Assembly (NCBI RefSeq): GCF_036365525.1
Contig: NC_090399.1
Location: 21,896,529 to 21,960,528, forward strand
Direction of reading: 5' to 3'
Length of the DNA stretch: 64,000 nt
Origin: Heterodontus francisci
Lineage: Eukaryota
A model generated the notes under the pieces. The model was not told the DNA's origin. It worked only from the letters and a program-made list of their open reading frames with translations, and made no database searches. The position numbers and the translations under genes were made by a program. Each line of letters begins with the position of its first letter. The first letter of the stretch is position 1. Positions 1 to 14,472 of this stretch are shown one piece after another.

Positions 1-1330
1 AGTCAAATGCTTCAGCTCACCCTCACACTGTGCACTGCTGCAAGACACACATCTCACAGCTTACACACACTGCCAGCTATTCAACTGTGGCAGGCACATC
101 ACCCAAATACATTGACACTCATTGACATACTTTCCTCTCTTTGGCAGGACAAGGTGCTCATAACAGACGGCAGCAACAGCAACTAACCAGCCAGGACAGG
201 AACAGCTGCATGTCCCCACCCCCAAAGAGGAGACAGAATTAGGATTAATTGAAGAAGCTATCACTGAAGCCATGGCCAGCAGCAGTGCTGAAACCATCCA
301 GGATAATGGTATGTTCCTGCCTAATTCACCTTCTCTCATCCCACAATTCACCCTCATCCCACAATCTTTTATGAAGTACAAGCTACAGATTGTGGAACCG
401 TGCACCGTTTTGCTTTCCACCCATTTACCTCAACCCAACCCTGCCCTTGTGCATTTATGCTTTTGGATACCCAGAAACTGCTGTTTGGCCAACCAGTGGA
501 AGGCCTACAGGGAGAGCAGACTGAGGAGGAAGAAGCACCATCACTCCATCTGACATTTGCAGCCATCAGCTCAGACACTAGCAATGCACGAACCTTAGAG
601 GGTAGCATAGAGTTGGGCACAAGTGGACTGCAGCCAGGCCAGGCCAGGCCAGGCCAGGGGAAAGAACTGCACTAGTGCCAACTCTCCAGAGGGTGAGGTT
701 GCACAGAAGTTTTGCTGCAGAAGGCTCGGGTTATGACTTTCATGGGGTGGCGTACAGAAAAAGGCTAATGGACCTGGACACAGAAATGCTTGGTCAATAG
801 GCAGGCCTGCCAAGAGCTACTTGTCACTGTTAAGGAGCTTGGAGGAGTTTGGCTCTAACTTGGTTCAGGGCTTTGAGCGGAGCTTGGAGCCCACCCTTTC
901 CAGGAAGTGGTGGCGCAGTCCATGAGAACACTTGCAGACCCAACCATGAGGCAGCATCCAATGGCAACGTCTCAGCTTCCAGTGCAGCACAGGCAGAGGC
1001 CACACAATATCTGAGCATTGCAGTGGAAGCTCAGATTGAGGTTATAAAATCTCTGCTTTTTTTTGCCATGGAAGTCCAGTTTGGTGCCATGCAGGGTCAG
1101 ACTGCTGCCATCATGGCTGCACATAGCAGTGCTCAAAGGAGCTTTCAAGGTCGTATCAGCAGTGCAGCAGTCTGTGCTGCAACAGAATATTAGGATTGCT
1201 GAGACGCCAGCCCAATGGAATGACAGTGCCTCCATGGAGAGCGAACCTGCTGTCTTTTTTAGGTCAACAGCCTCCCACCAGCCATTGGGGTAACACTGTC
1301 TAGAAAGACCAGACCAGGCAAAGGTAACAG
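1..1330 (+). pseudogene. Decayed Harbinger-associated Myb/SANT (MSANTD/NAIF1-like) gene remnant
   Basis: Acceptor ctctttggcag| precedes DKV.HNRRQQQ; donor ATG|gtatgt at ~310; acidic/Ala-rich frameshifted downstream part. Same layout as 52790-53850. Confidence 0.5.
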
Positions 1331-1693
1331 CAAAACAGGCTGATAGAATAGCATTTCTTACTTCAGCTCTCCCATGCTACTTCACAGAGGCTCCTTAACA
1401 GTGAGCCTTCCCCTCATTTACTATACTTGTAGTATGGATCAGTATCTGGGATCAATATCTATTGGTATAAAATTGCCTGGGGGACAGAAAGGCGTTTCTG
1501 CAACTGCTGTCTGTTTAGAACAAAGAATACCTTTAAAGTTAAGAGGTGTTAATTGCGCCCAGCGCAAACCCATCCTGAAGCATTCCTGAATTGAATGGGT
1601 TTTTCTGAAACAAAGAAGGTGTAAAGTAGCCACATCCTGGGCCATTGTCGGTCACTACAGTGTGAAAATCCCTGCCTCCCAGCAGAAGCGAGA

Positions 1694-2294
1694 TGTAACA
1701 AATTTTTATCTTAAAGCAGCCCTGGACAGACACCCAGAAAGAAGCATCCAGGAAGCTTGTTTCCAGCCAAGGGGCTGTGAGGTATCCAGCAAGCCAGAAG
1801 GGAAGCACCCTGCTGTAGAATTCTACATCTTTACTTACACAGCAGTGAATTAGAAGTGATCCACTGTCTTCAACTGAACTTTCAACCAAGAGAGAAATCT
1901 ACAACCTCCTTAGGCCTGCAACTGATGAGAACTTGGCTTCTGAGAGAATTCTGCAGGTTTACCATGACCGCTCTGAAACCTACCCCACTTACAACCACTT
2001 ACTCCTTTTTCCTCTCTATCTGTCTCTTGTTGTGTGTGTGTGTGTGTGTGTGTGCGCGCACATGAGCAAATGCGTGAGTGAATGTGGTTGCAACAATTTT
2101 GGGATAAGGTGTATTGATCAATAAATAATTGATTTTCTGTTTTAAACCTACAAGAAAACCTAAACTTGTCGCTGTCTATTTATTCTTCAAATAAAACACA
2201 AAGGGGTTAAACCCTAATATCAAAACAAATTGCTGCAGTCAGGTGGGAGCTGAACAGTGGGAAACACCTAAACCCTCACCACATAGCCACAACA
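1694..2294 (+). mobile_element. Solo LTR-like element containing a (TG)n microsatellite (~2028-2058)
   Basis: TGT...ACA ends; the AATAAA-(N)-CTACAAGAAAACC block is shared with 60717-61180 and 19940-21022. Confidence 0.5.
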
Positions 2295-3663
2295 GCAGAG
2301 CAAAGAGAGAGTTTGAGAATAACATGAAAGGGAGCCCAAAGATCCTTTATAAACATATAGAATCACAGAATTGTTACAACGCAGAAGGAGGCCATTCAGC
2401 CCATCGTGTCCGCACTGGCTCTCTGAAAGTGCAATTCGCTCAGTCCCATTCCCCTGCCTTCTCCCCATAACCCTGCACATTCTTCCTTTTTCATAGAACA
2501 GTCTAATTCCCTTTTGAATGCTTCGATTGAACCTGCCTCCACCATGTTCTCAGGCAGCATATTCCTGAACTTAACCACTCGCTGCGTGAAAAAGGTTTTT
2601 CCTCATGTCACTTTTGCTTCTCTTACCAAATACTTTAAATCTGTGCCCTCTCGCTCTCGATCTTTTCACAAGTGGGAACAATTTCTCTCTATCTACTCTG
2701 TCAAAGCCCCTCATGATTTTGAATACCTCCACCTGTATATGCCAGAGGAATGGAGGATTGTAAATGTTAAAACCCTGTTGAAAAAAAGGAGACAGGGATA
2801 AACCCCGTAATTACAAGTCAGTCAGCCTAACATCAGTGGGAGGGAAACTTTAATCTGCAACAACAGTTTTTGGCAATTGGAAAGGTATAATCTAATAAAT
2901 GAAAGTCACCATGGCTTGTTCAAATCAAATCAGGTTTGACTAACTTAATTGGGTTCTTTGATGAATTACTGACTAAGCTGATGAGGGTAGTATGGTGAAT
3001 GTGCATATGGATTTCAAAAGGCATTTGTTAACGTGTCACATAATAGACTTATTAGCAAAATTAAAGCCTATGGGATCAAATGAACAGTGCTTCTGTGTCT
3101 GCCCCTGGGAAAAACTATCCCCCAATTCACTTACAACAGTAGTTTCAAAATCAAAACAGTCTAGCCCTTGGCCTTCTATTCACCACAAAATTTCTGCAGC
3201 TCCTGATTTGCTCAATCACACCCTAACCTCCACCTTTGATGCCCTAGTCCCCAATAAAACCATTACTCTGTCTCTCACCCTGGCTGTTCCCTCAGTATGG
3301 CCCTCATTTCCACTCCCTTAAGTCCATGGGATGCAGATTTGAACAGATATGGTGAATAACAGGTTCAGCAATTCACGGCCAGGTCTGGCTGGACAACATT
3401 AAGGACTATCGAGTCCTGCTTTCATCTGCCAGAATTGTGCATCCTGGAATGCAAAGTTAAACCCCAGCTTTTCTTCTCGACTGCAAACCATCTTCTTAAA
3501 CCCCTCTCCCCTGCTTCCTCCAACAATAAGTACAAGAAGCTCATGGACTTCTTTGTTACTAAGATTGAGACCATCCAATCCTCTGCCTCTGCTGCTTCCC
3601 TCCTTTCCACTAGCCCACCGGGCCAAAATTCCACCCACCTTACCCTGAACTCACATCTTTCTC

Positions 3664-4017
3664 TTTTTTTTTATTTTTGAGTTACAGCACTGAAACAGGC
3701 CCTTCGGCCCACCGAGTCTGTGCCGACCATCAACCACCCACTTATACTAGTCCTACACTAATCCCATATTCCTACCACATCCCCACATGTCCCTATATTT
3801 TCCCTACCACCTACCTATACTAGGGGCAATTTCTAATGGCCAATTTACCTATCAAACTGCAAGTCTTTGGCATGTGGGAGGAAACCGGAGCACCCGGAGG
3901 AAACCCACGCAGACACAGGGAGAACTTGCAAACTCCACACAGGCAGTACCCGGAATTGAACCCGGGTCGCTGGAGCTGGGAGGCTGCGGTGCTAACCACT
4001 GCGCCACTGTGCCGCCC
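3664..4017 (-). mobile_element. HE1-type tRNA-derived shark SINE
   Basis: Head GGGCGGCACAGTGGCGCAGTGGTTAGC (A box), GGTTCAATTC (B box) and a CR1-like 3' tail. Seven near-identical copies in the window. Confidence 0.9.
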
Positions 4018-4830
4018 CTCATCTCCCTTCTATCTCCCCTCATGCCCTCTCTGAGCTCACATTGTCCATGAGATCCACCTCCTGCTCCTTTGATCCTATT
4101 CCAACTAAACTGCTGACCATCCACTCCCTTTCCTGGCTCCAATGTTTGCTGATATTGTAAACGGTTCTCTCTCTTCAGGTGTTGTCTCTCTCACCTTTAA
4201 ATCTATTGTCATCACCACTCTCTTCGAAAAGCCAAATCTGGACCCGTCTTCTTTGAAACCTACCTCTTCATCTTCAGCCTCCCTTTCCTCTACATTGTCC
4301 TTGAACATGTTTCTGCTTCCCAAATCCGTGCCCATGTATCTCGAAACTCCATGTTGGAATTCTTCCAATCAGCTGCCCCTGCCTCTGCTGCAGCACCAGA
4401 ACAGCCCCTTTCAAAGACACCAATGAATATCCGATGTGTCTGTGACAAAGGCACAATATTCCTCCTTGTCCTTCTTTACCTGTCTGCAGCCTTTAGCAGA
4501 GTTGACCTCACCAACCTCTTCCAACACCTCTCCACTGTCATCCTGCTGGGAGGGACTGCACTTGCCAGGTTCCATTCTTATGTATCTTATAGCCAGAGAA
4601 TCACTTGCAATGGCTTCACTTCCTGCTCTCACACTGTTATCTTGGCTTCCTATTTATCATCTACATGTTGCCCCTCAGGGACATCATCCGAAAGCACAGT
4701 GTTAATTTTCACATGTACAGTGACAAAACCCAGCTCCACATCACCACCACCTCTTCCAACACCTCCACTGGTGCTAAATTATCAAACAGTTTATCCGACA
4801 TCCAATACTAGATGGACAGAAATGCCTCCA

Positions 4831-6317
4831 AAATTGGGATAATTGGCAAGGGAGGAGATTGCAGGGGCTCGGTCCTTTCTGGCCACCGGAGAGGTACCAG
4901 AGGACTGGAGGACAGCGAATGTGGTACCATTATTTAAGAAGGGTAGCAGGGATAAACCAGGTAATTACAGGCCGGTGATCTAACAACAGTGGTTGGGAAA
5001 ATATTGGAAAAATTCTGAGGGACAGGATTAATCTCCATTTGGAGAGGCAGGGATTAATCAGGAATAGTCAGTATGGCTTTGTCAGGGGGAGATCGTGCCT
5101 GACTAACTTGATTGAATTTTTCGAGGCAGTGACTAGATGTGTAGATGAGGGTAAAGCAGGTGATTCAGTCTACATGAACTTCAGTAAGGCTTTTGATAAG
5201 GTTCCGCATGGGAGATTGGATAAGAAGGTAAGAGCCCATGGGATCCAGGACAATATTGCAAAGTGGATCCAAAATTGGCTTAGTGGCAGAAGGCAGAGGG
5301 GAAGCCTGTGACCAGTGGTGTACTACAGGGATTGGTGCTTGGACCTTTGCTGTTTGTAGTGTACATTAATGATTTAGATGTGAATATAGGAGGTATGATC
5401 AGTAAGTTCACAGATGACACGAAAATTGGTGGTGTCGTAAGTAGTGAGGAGGAAAGCCTCAGATTACAGGACGATATAGATGGGCTGGTAAGATGGGCGG
5501 AGCTGTGGCAAATGGAATTTAATCCTGAGAAGTGTGAGTGATGCATTTTGGGAGGACTAACAAGGCAAGGGAATATACAATGGATGGTAGGACCCTAGGA
5601 AGTACAAAGGATCAGAGGGACCTTGGTGTACTTGTCCATAGATCACTGAAGGCAGCAGCACAGTTAGATAAGGTGGTTAGGAAAGCTTATGGGATACTTG
5701 CCTTTATTAGCCAAGGAATAGAATATAAGAGCAGGGAGGTTATGATGGAGCTGTATAAAACGCTAGTTAGGCCACAGCTGGAGTACTGTGTACAGTCCTG
5801 GTCACCACACTATAGGAAGGATGTGATTCCACTGGACAGAGTGCAGAGGAGATTCACCAGGATGTTGCCTGGGCTGGAGCATTTTAGCTATGAAGAGAGA
5901 CTGAAAAGACTAGATTTGTATTCCTTAGAGCAGAGAATGCTGAGGGGGGACCTGATTGAGGTCGACAAAATTATGAGGGGTATTGATAGGTTAGATAGGA
6001 AGAAACCTTTTCCCTTAGCAGAGGGGTCAATAACCAGGGGGCATAGATTTAAGGTAATGTGCAGGAGGTTTAGAGTGGATTTGAGGAAAAATGTTTTCAC
6101 CCAGAGGGTGGTTGGAATCTGGAACGCACTGCCTGAAGGGGTGGTAGAGGCAGGAACCCTCACAACATTTAAGAAGTATTTAGATGAGCACTTGAAATGC
6201 CATAGCATACAAGGCTACGGACCAAGTGCTGGAAAATGTGATTAGGTGCTTGATGGCCGGCACAGACACAATGGGCTGAGTGCCTGTTTCTGCGCTGTAT
6301 AACTCTATGACTCTATA
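4831..6317 (+). mobile_element. 5'-truncated CR1 inserted into an L2
   Basis: RT fragments at 5039-6245; CTCTATGA/CTCTATAA tail. Confidence 0.9.
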
Positions 6318-7120
6318 ACTGAAGCCATTGACTACGGTTCCAGCTTCAATCACTGTTCCCGAGCTACCGACTCCATCCCTCTCCCTGGCAACTGTCTGAA
6401 ATTGAACCAGACTGTCTGCAAACTTGTTATATTTGACCCAGAGGTGAGCTTCTGCCATGACAGAATCCATATATTCCCACCTTCATAACATAATACGACG
6501 GCCACATCTCAGCTCATCAGCTGCTGAAACCCTCATCATGCCTATGTTACCTCTACACACGAATATTCCAACACACCCCTGGTCATCCTCACACATTCGA
6601 ACCTCCATAAACTTGAGGTCATCCAAAACTCTGCTAGCCGTGTCCTTACTCGTACCAAGTCCCGTTCACCTATCCTGTACTCGCTGACCTTCATGAGCTC
6701 CTGGGTAATGCAATGTCTCGATTGTAAAATACTCAGTCTTGTTTTCAAATCCCTCCATGATCTCTGCCTGTCCCATCTCTGTAATCTCCTCCAGCCTCAC
6801 AATCCTCCGAAATAACTGTGCTCATCTAATTCTGGCTTCTTGAGGACCCCTGATTTTAATCGCTCCACCATTGGTAGCCATGCCTTCAGCTACCTCGGCC
6901 CTAAGCTCTGGAATTCCCTCCCTAAATCTTTTTACCGCTTCCTCTTTTTCTTCCTTTCAGACGCTCCTTAAAACCTGCCTCTTTGACCAATCGTTTGGCC
7001 ATCTGCTCTAATATTTCCTTACGTGACTGGGTGCCTAATTTTGCTTTATAATGCTCCAGTGAAGTGCTTTGGTATGTTTAATTACATAAAAAGTGCTATG
7101 TAAATAAAAGTTGTTGTTGT

Positions 7121-7930
7121 AAGGGACAGTAAAGAGAGGATGTAGTGGTGATTGGTTGTGAGTTAGAGTAGTATACAGTGGTGTTCCCCAGGGATCTGTA
7201 ATAGGATCATTCCTCTATCTGATGTATATTAATGACCTGGGACTTGGGTATACAGGGCATAATGTCAAGTTTGCAGATGGTACGAATCTTGGAAATGTAA
7301 CAAATAATGAAAAGGATGGTAGCAGACTTTTAGAGGTCAGAGACAGACTAGTGAAATGGGAAGATATACAGCAGATGAAATTTAATGCAGGGAAGTATGA
7401 AGTGATAGAGTTTGGTAGGAAGATTGAGGAGAGGCAATCTGAACCAAATAGGACAATTTTAAAGTGGGTGCAGGAACTGAGAGACTTGGGGCTATGTGTA
7501 CACAAATCTTTAAAGGTGGCAGGGTAAATTGAGAAGGCTGTTCAAAACCATATGGGATTATAGAATGAATAGAGTCATTGCATGGTTACAACACAGGAGG
7601 CTATTCAGCCCGTCATCTCCATGCCGACTCTCTGCAAGTGCAGATTAGCTAGCCCCAACCCCTGCCATTTTCCGATCGCCTTGCAAATTTTTTCTCTTCA
7701 TGCACTTATCCGATTCCCTTTTGAAAGCAATGATTTAATCTGCATCCTCCACCCTCTCAGGTAGTGCATTCCAGATCAGAACCACTGGGTGCATGAAAAC
7801 CACTGGCTGTCGATCCCTATATTTATTAATAGAGGCATAGAGTGAAGAAACACGACTGTTATGCTAAACTTCTTAAATCTTAAATAAAGCCAATTAAAGC
7901 GGTATGAGGGAACAGCTGTCTAAGGTTGAT
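7121..7930 (+). mobile_element. Decayed CR1 RT fragment with a nested minus-strand CR1 3' piece (~7560-7800)
   Basis: GVPQGSV, YINDL and KFADG motifs. Confidence 0.75.
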
Positions 7931-7943
7931 AGACTAGAGTTAT

Positions 7944-8681
7944 CAGCCAGAATTTTATGCCACCACAATGAGTCAGATGGTGGCCGGGTTTGGGGGTGGG
8001 GTGGTGGCGTAAATGGAGCGGGAGGCTCCGGGAGGCCTTCCCAACCCACTCCTGCCTCCACCTCACTCTACGTAGGGCGGGGAGGTGGGTGGGGGGCGCA
8101 GAATGGGCCGCCCGCCCCAGGCTAGTTAAAGCCCTTAAGTGGCCAATTAACGCCCACCTCCACATGGATTGTACGCGTGGTAAGCGGGCATCCTGGAGCC
8201 GGGAAAAACCACCAGGTAAAAGCTGGTGGCCTGTCAGCGCCCTGGGGGTGGGCCCTGAAAATCGGGCACAGGGTGCCCAAGTGAGGATTTCCCCCTCTTC
8301 CCCAACCACCCCCAAGACCCTTCTCCCCAAACGATTACCCCTGCCTCGACGGGGTCCGACCGATTACCCCCGGCGAGGCAATCAAAACTCACCTGAAATC
8401 CCGGCTCCATGACTTCACCTGCCAGTGGCTGGGCTGCATTCCCAGAAGTGGCCACTGCTCCCGGTAGCGCTGCTGGGACGAAGAGCTGCCGGCCCGCTGA
8501 TTGGCTGGCAGCTCAATGAGGCGGGACCTCCTCCCTCAAGTGGGTGGAAGTCCCGCCTCGGGATAATTAAAGCCTGGGGACCCGTAAAATGTGGGACGGA
8601 TCCCCAGGCCAGGCAGAAATGGGTTCGCCACTGACTTTTACGTTGGTGGCCAGCTCTCGTCTGCCCAACGTCAAATCCAGT
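7944..8681. mobile_element. GC-rich non-autonomous DNA transposon (probably Harbinger-type)
   Basis: Abrupt GC-rich block bounded by degenerate inverted ends GCCAGAATTTTATG ... CGTCAAATCCAGTC. No coding signal. Confidence 0.45.
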
Positions 8682-10380
8682 CCATAGAGACATTTACAGC
8701 ACAGAAGGAGGCCTTTCAACCCATAGAGTCCATGCCGGCTCTCCACAGAACTATCCAGTCAGTCCCACTTCCCCATTCGATCCCCCAGCCCTAAAAGTCT
8801 GTTTCCTTCAAGCAGCCATCCAATTTTCTTTTGAAGTCATTGATTTCTTCCACCACCCTTGTGGGCAGCGAGTTCCAGGTCATTACCACCTGCTGCATAA
8901 AAAAAGTTCTTCCTCACATTCTCCCTGGATCTCTTGCCCAAAACCTTTAATCTGTGTCCCCTAGCCCTTGTACCATTAGCTAATGGGCACAGTTTTTCCT
9001 TGTCGAACTGACCTGACCCTGTTATCATCTTGTACACCTCTATCAAATCTCCTCTCAATCTCCTTTGCTCGAAGGTGAACAACGCCAGTTTTTTCAACCT
9101 AACCTTGTAACTAAAATCCTCCATCCCTGGAACTATTCTCTGCACACTCTCAAGGACCCTCACATTCTTCTTCCAGAACTGGATGTAATACTCCAGTTGG
9201 GGCCTAACCAGAGCTTTATAAAGGTTCAGCACAAGTATGGAAGGTCCTCATCAGGGAACTCCTCTTTGCTGACGATACTGCAGTAACATCCCACACAGAA
9301 GAGTGTCTGCCGAAACTCATCGACAGGTTTGCGGCTGCCTGCAACGAATTTGGCCGAACCATCAGCCTCAAGAAAATGAACATCATGGGACAGGACGTCA
9401 GAAATGCTCCATCCATCAATATCAGCGACCACGCTCTGGAAGTGGTTCAAGAGTTCACCTACCTAGGCTCAGCTATCACCAGTAACCTGTCTCTCAATGC
9501 AGAAATCAACAAGCGCAAGGGAAAGGTGTCCGCTGCTATGTCCAGACTGGCCAAGAGGGTGTGGGAAAATGGCGCACTGACACGGAACACAAATGTCCGA
9601 GTGTATCAACCTGTGTCCTCAGTACCTTGCTCCGTGACAGCGAGGCCCGGACAACATATGTCAGCCAAGAGCGACGTCTCAATTCATTCCATCTTCGCTG
9701 CCTCCAGAGAATCCTTGGCATTTCCAACGCAGAAGTCCTCGAGACAGCCAACATCCCCAACATATACACCCTACTGAGCCAGCAGCGCCTGAGATGGCTT
9801 GGCCATGTGAACCACATGGAAGATGGCAGGATCCCCAAGGACGCATTGTACAGCGAGCTCATCACTGGTATCAGACCCACCGGCAATCCATGTCTCCGCT
9901 TTAAAGACGTCTGCAAACGGGACATGAAGTCCTGTGACATTGATCACAAGCCGTGGGAGTCAGTTGCCAGTGATCGCCAGAACTGGCGGACAGCCATAAA
10001 GGCGGGCTTAAAGAGTGGCAAGTTGAAGAGACTTAGCGGTTGGCAGGAAAAAAGACAGAAGTGCAAGGAGAGAGCCAACTGTGTAACAGCCCCGACAACC
10101 AATTTTATCTGCAGTGCCTGTGGAAGTGTCTGTCACTCTAGAATTGGCCTTTATAGCCACTCCAGGCACTGCTCCACAAACCACTGACCACCAGCTCTAG
10201 GCATTTACCCATTGTCTCTCGAGACATGGAAGCCAAAGAAAAGAAGATAAAGGTTCAGCATAATGTCCCTGCTCTTGTACTCGATGCTTCTGTTTTTGAA
10301 GCCCAAGATCCCATATGCTTTACTAACCACTCTCTCAATAAGTCCTGCCACCTTCAAAGATCAATGCACATGCACCCTAA
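8682..10380 (-). mobile_element. CR1 3' fragment split by an RTE insertion
   Basis: ORF 8837-9232 (LYKALVRPQLEY). The CR1 resumes after the TSD at 10247. Confidence 0.85.
9232..10246 (+). mobile_element. RTE-clade LINE, 5'-truncated
   Basis: LFADD, FTYLGS, LRWLGHV and C-terminal CSACGSVCHSRIGLYSH; GAA-repeat tail; 14-bp TSD ATAAAGGTTCAGCA (9218-9231 and 10247-10260). Confidence 0.9.
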
Positions 10381-13300
10381 AATATACGATGCTGATTGTG
10401 GTGGGAGAAATGCACCTTTGAGTCAGGCCTATCCCTCCACAGATGGCCTAACATATCATTTTAAACTTTCCAAATTAAAGAAAGACCCAGCCAAATTGTA
10501 CTATCTATTAACCCCTGAATGAGGCTAAACAAACCAGGTGTCTTTAGATTGACAAATTAACTGTTTAAGTAGAAAACTAAATTCTTAAACACTACTAAGA
10601 TATAAATAACATTTAAAATAGAAAAAAATTGAGTCATTGCATATTTAAGCTCTTGCCAATGTGAAATCTTCCAATATGGAATAGTCCGAGGTTGCTTGAA
10701 ATCCTCACAACTGTCCGAGGGAAAAAAAGGTTCTTCAACAGTAGAACAGTCCATAGTCTAGTTCAGCAGTTGAATTAATGCTCTTCTTTTCCAGTGATGA
10801 ACAATTACCATTCAGTAGTTAAAGGAATTGGTTATTTTCTTTTAAGAAATTAATGTGGCTTACATCAGAATTCTGAGACTATCGTAAATGGGGTTTAAAT
10901 TAACTGAGAGAACTCTCTCATTTCCTTCAGTATATGCTGGTCCAGATGTCTGTCTGCATCTCTGTCAAAAGCCAGTTTTTCAGCTAGTTTCAAACATCAA
11001 TCGGCAACAATGTATCTTGTGTCCTTGGTCCTGAGTGGCTGTAAAGTTTGGTGTCATTGGCAAATTTTGAGATTCTACTCTGTATTCCGAGATTCAAGTC
11101 ATTTGATATATAGCAAAAAGAGCAGTGGTCCCAGCAGTGACCCTTGGGGAACACCACTGTCTACCATCCTCCAGTTTGAAAAGTAACCATTTACTGCAAC
11201 TGGCTGTTTTCTGCCCTTACGCCAATTTTTTTTTTTATCCAATTCAACACTGGCCCTCCTATTCCGTGAACCTCAATTTTGTTAACCAGCCTTTTGTGTG
11301 GAAGTTACTAAAAGGTATAGTCGTCAATAAACAGTGGGAAACATTTTAAGCAATGATTCAAAAATTGTTCAACAAAACTACGTTCCATCAAAAAAGCTCA
11401 ATGGGAAACGTCCTTGGCTTCCAAGGGAAGTTAAAGATAGTAATAGATTAAAAGAAGAGGCTTATAATGTTGTGGAGAATAGGAGTAAGCCTGAGCAGTG
11501 GGAGAGTTTTAGAAACCAGCAAAGGGCAAGCAAAAGTTGATAGAAGGGGAACACAGAGAATGAGCGTAAATTAACCAGGAATATAAAAATGGATTGCAAA
11601 AGCTTTTATAAGTGTCTTAAAAGGAGGAGACTGGCTAAATTAAAAATTGGTGCCTTAGAGGGGAACACAGGAGAAATTATCATGGGGAATAAGGAAATGG
11701 CAAAGATGTTGAACAAATATTTGGTCTATCTTCACAGAAGAAGATGTAAATTCCATACCAGAAACAGAGGGTAAACAAAGGGTTGAGTCAGAGTGAGGAA
11801 CTTAAAGTAATTAATATCAGCAGAGAAAAAGTATGAGAGAAACTTATGTTCTAAAAGAGGTAGCTACAGAGATAGTGGATGTGCTGGTTATGGTTTTCCA
11901 AAATTCCATAGATTTTACAATGGTCCCGATGGATTGGAAGTTAGCAAATGTGACACCATTATTCAAGAAAGGAGGGAGAGAGAAAAGAAGGAACTATAGG
12001 CCAGCTAGGCTGACATCAGTCATTGGGATAATGCTGGAATCTATCATGAAGGAAGTCTTAACAATGCACTCAGAAAGCCACAGTATAATCAGACAGAATC
12101 AACATGGTTTCACGAAAGGGAAATCATGTTTAACAATTGATTAGAGTGTTTTTGAGGCTGTAACTACTAAGATAGATAAAGGGAAGTCAACAAATATAGT
12201 ATACTTGGATTTCCAAATGACATTTGATAAGGTGCCACACAAAAGGCAAGATAAGGGCCCATGGAGTTAGGGGTGATATATTAGCAAGGGTGAAGGATTA
12301 GTTAATGGAAAGGAAGCAGAGAATAGGGATGAATGGGGCATTTTCAACTTGGCCAGCTGTAACTAGTGGAGTGCCACAAGGATCAGTACCAGGGTCTCAG
12401 TTCTTCTGTGTTAATAACTTAGACGAAGAGACTGAGAGTACTCTATCCACGTTTGCTGATGATACATAGCGATATGGTAATATAAGCAGTGTGGACACAA
12501 AGGCTGCAAAGATTAATAGACAATTTAAGTGAGTGGGCAACAAGGTGACTGATGGAGTATTATGTGGGGAAATGCGAGGCTATTCACTTTGGTAATAAAA
12601 TTGAAAAGCAGAGTATGTTTTACAAGGCGTGAAACTTTTACATGTTGATGGTCAGAGAGACTTGCGTGTGCTTGTACAAGGAACACAGAAAGTTAAATGC
12701 AGATACGGCAAGCAATTAGGAAGGCAAAAGGTATATTGGCCTTTATTGCAAGGGGACTGGAGTGCAATAACAATTATGTCTTGCTACAATTGTACAGGGC
12801 TTTGCTGAGACCACACCTGGAGTACTGTGTGTAATTTTGGTCTCCATATCTAGGGAAGGATATACTTGCCATGGAGGCAGTACAACAAAGTTTCACTAGA
12901 TTGGTTTGTGGGATTAAAGGGTTGACCTACGATGAAAATCTGGGTAAATTGGACCTCTGGAGTTTAGAGGTGATCTCATACAAGATTCTGAAGGGGCTTG
13001 ACAGGGTAGCCACTGAGAAGTTCTTTCCTCTGACTGGGGAACCTAGAACATGGGGGCATAGCCTCAGCATAAGGGGCTGATCATTTAGGACTGAGATGAG
13101 GAACAATTTCTTCACTCAAGGGTTGAGTCTTTGGAATTCTCCTCCCCAGTGGGTTGCTGAAAGCCCATTGTTGAGTATATTCAAGGCTGTGATCAATTAT
13201 TTTGATCTCAGGGTATTAAGGGATATGGAGAGCAGGGGGGAAAGTGGAGTTGAGGCATTGAATGGGCGAGCTTGCTTGTGGGGCCCACATGGTCTACTCA

Positions 13301-13550
13301 TGCTCCTATTTTGTATGTCCTTAAAACTTTCTAAAACATTGCTTAGGCCTCAGCGAGCGTATTGTGTTCAATTCTGGGTACCATACTTTAGGAAGAATGT
13401 CAAGGGCTTGGAGAGGATGCAGAAATGATTTACTGGAATGGTATTGGGGATCAGGAACCTCAGTTATGTGGAGAGACTGGTTGTTTGCCTTGAAGCAGAG
13501 AAGGGAAAGAGGATTTGATAAAGGTGTTCTATAGCATGTCGGGTTTAGAT

Positions 13551-14470
13551 AAGGGTTGTCCAACACATGGCCTGCAGGCCAGGATCTGGCCTTCCAACTA
13601 TTTCCATCCGGCCCGAGGATGTATTTCAGGGATGAGATATTTTCCGTTGGCTTCTTCTTTCAGACCAGCTTTTTGTAAAAAAAAAAATCCCAGCTGTTAG
13701 TTTCACAGCTGAAAGGTGCTGACATTGGGAACAGTGGTTTCCCAACTTCGGACAGATTCAGGGTTTTTCAGCGGGTTCCAACTTTTTTTTAAAAGACCAC
13801 CAAAAACCCCCAAATCTATCCACAGTTCAGATACCGCTGTTCCCCCTCCCAGTACCTGTCAGCTGTGAAAGTGACTGCAATTTTTTTATTAAAAAACTAA
13901 ACAAACAAAAAGTTGCTCTGCTGACTGCTCTCACTCCCTGCATGTCAGAGAGAGAGAGAGAGAGAGAGTGGGAGGAGGGGGACAGACAGTGAGAGAGAGG
14001 GGGACAGACAGACAGAGGGGGGCAGAGAGAGAGGAGGAACACAGAGCAAGGATGACACAGGGAGGGGGAAACAACATGATGTGGGGGGGGAAGGGGGGAA
14101 ACAGAGAGAGAGAGAGACAGACAGAGAGGGAGAGAGTGATCAAGATCACTCCTGACAGATGGACATCTATCCGGAATACTCCACATCGCTACACCAAGTG
14201 TGCGGGCAGACATTGACTACTTGTGCAAGCAAAAATAAATGGCAGGTATCACACTAAATCAGTGTCCAACATGATGATGAGAAAGAATGTCAATAAATTA
14301 ATCTTCTCATTTAAAGCTTCTTCATCAAAATGCACATTTGTAGTTTTGATCAATAGTAGGATACATTTTTAATGCCTTTATCTTTCTGAAATTGTCTCAC
14401 TGATCCCCTATCTAAGACAAAAATTGTAATGTGTCCCCCTCCCCCCACACAAAAAGATTGGACAACCCTA
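13551..14470. mobile_element. Non-autonomous hAT (Charlie-like) element containing a GA-rich simple repeat (~13945-14135)
   Basis: TIRs AGGGTTGTCCAA and TTGGACAACCCT. Left flank is GTTTAGAT; the right flank GTTT[later insertion]AGAG is consistent with an 8-bp TSD. Confidence 0.75.
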
Positions 14471-14472
14471 GT

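Larger units (their letters stand above)
3090..7120 (+). mobile_element. Decayed L2-clade LINE split by an HE1 SINE and a CR1
   Basis: L2-type motifs ([27 protein letters not shown]) and 3' end AAGTGCTATGTAAATAAAAGTTGTTGTTGT. Confidence 0.7.

Noticed and set aside
633-657. (CCAGG)n short tandem repeat
   Set aside because: Ordinary microsatellite expansion inside a decayed transposon gene.
3960-4017. tRNA gene from A/B box motifs (also at the other HE1 heads)
   Set aside because: These are SINE heads continuous with the HE1 body; no complete cloverleaf.
7920-8693. CpG-island promoter or GC-rich ORFs
   Set aside because: The block is bounded by TIR-like ends among CR1 debris, and its ORFs are low-complexity with no domain signal.
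10398-10990. Additional LTR-like segments (also ~40190-40705)
   Set aside because: Only one TG/CA-type end and compositional resemblance; no second copy or TSD to support a call.
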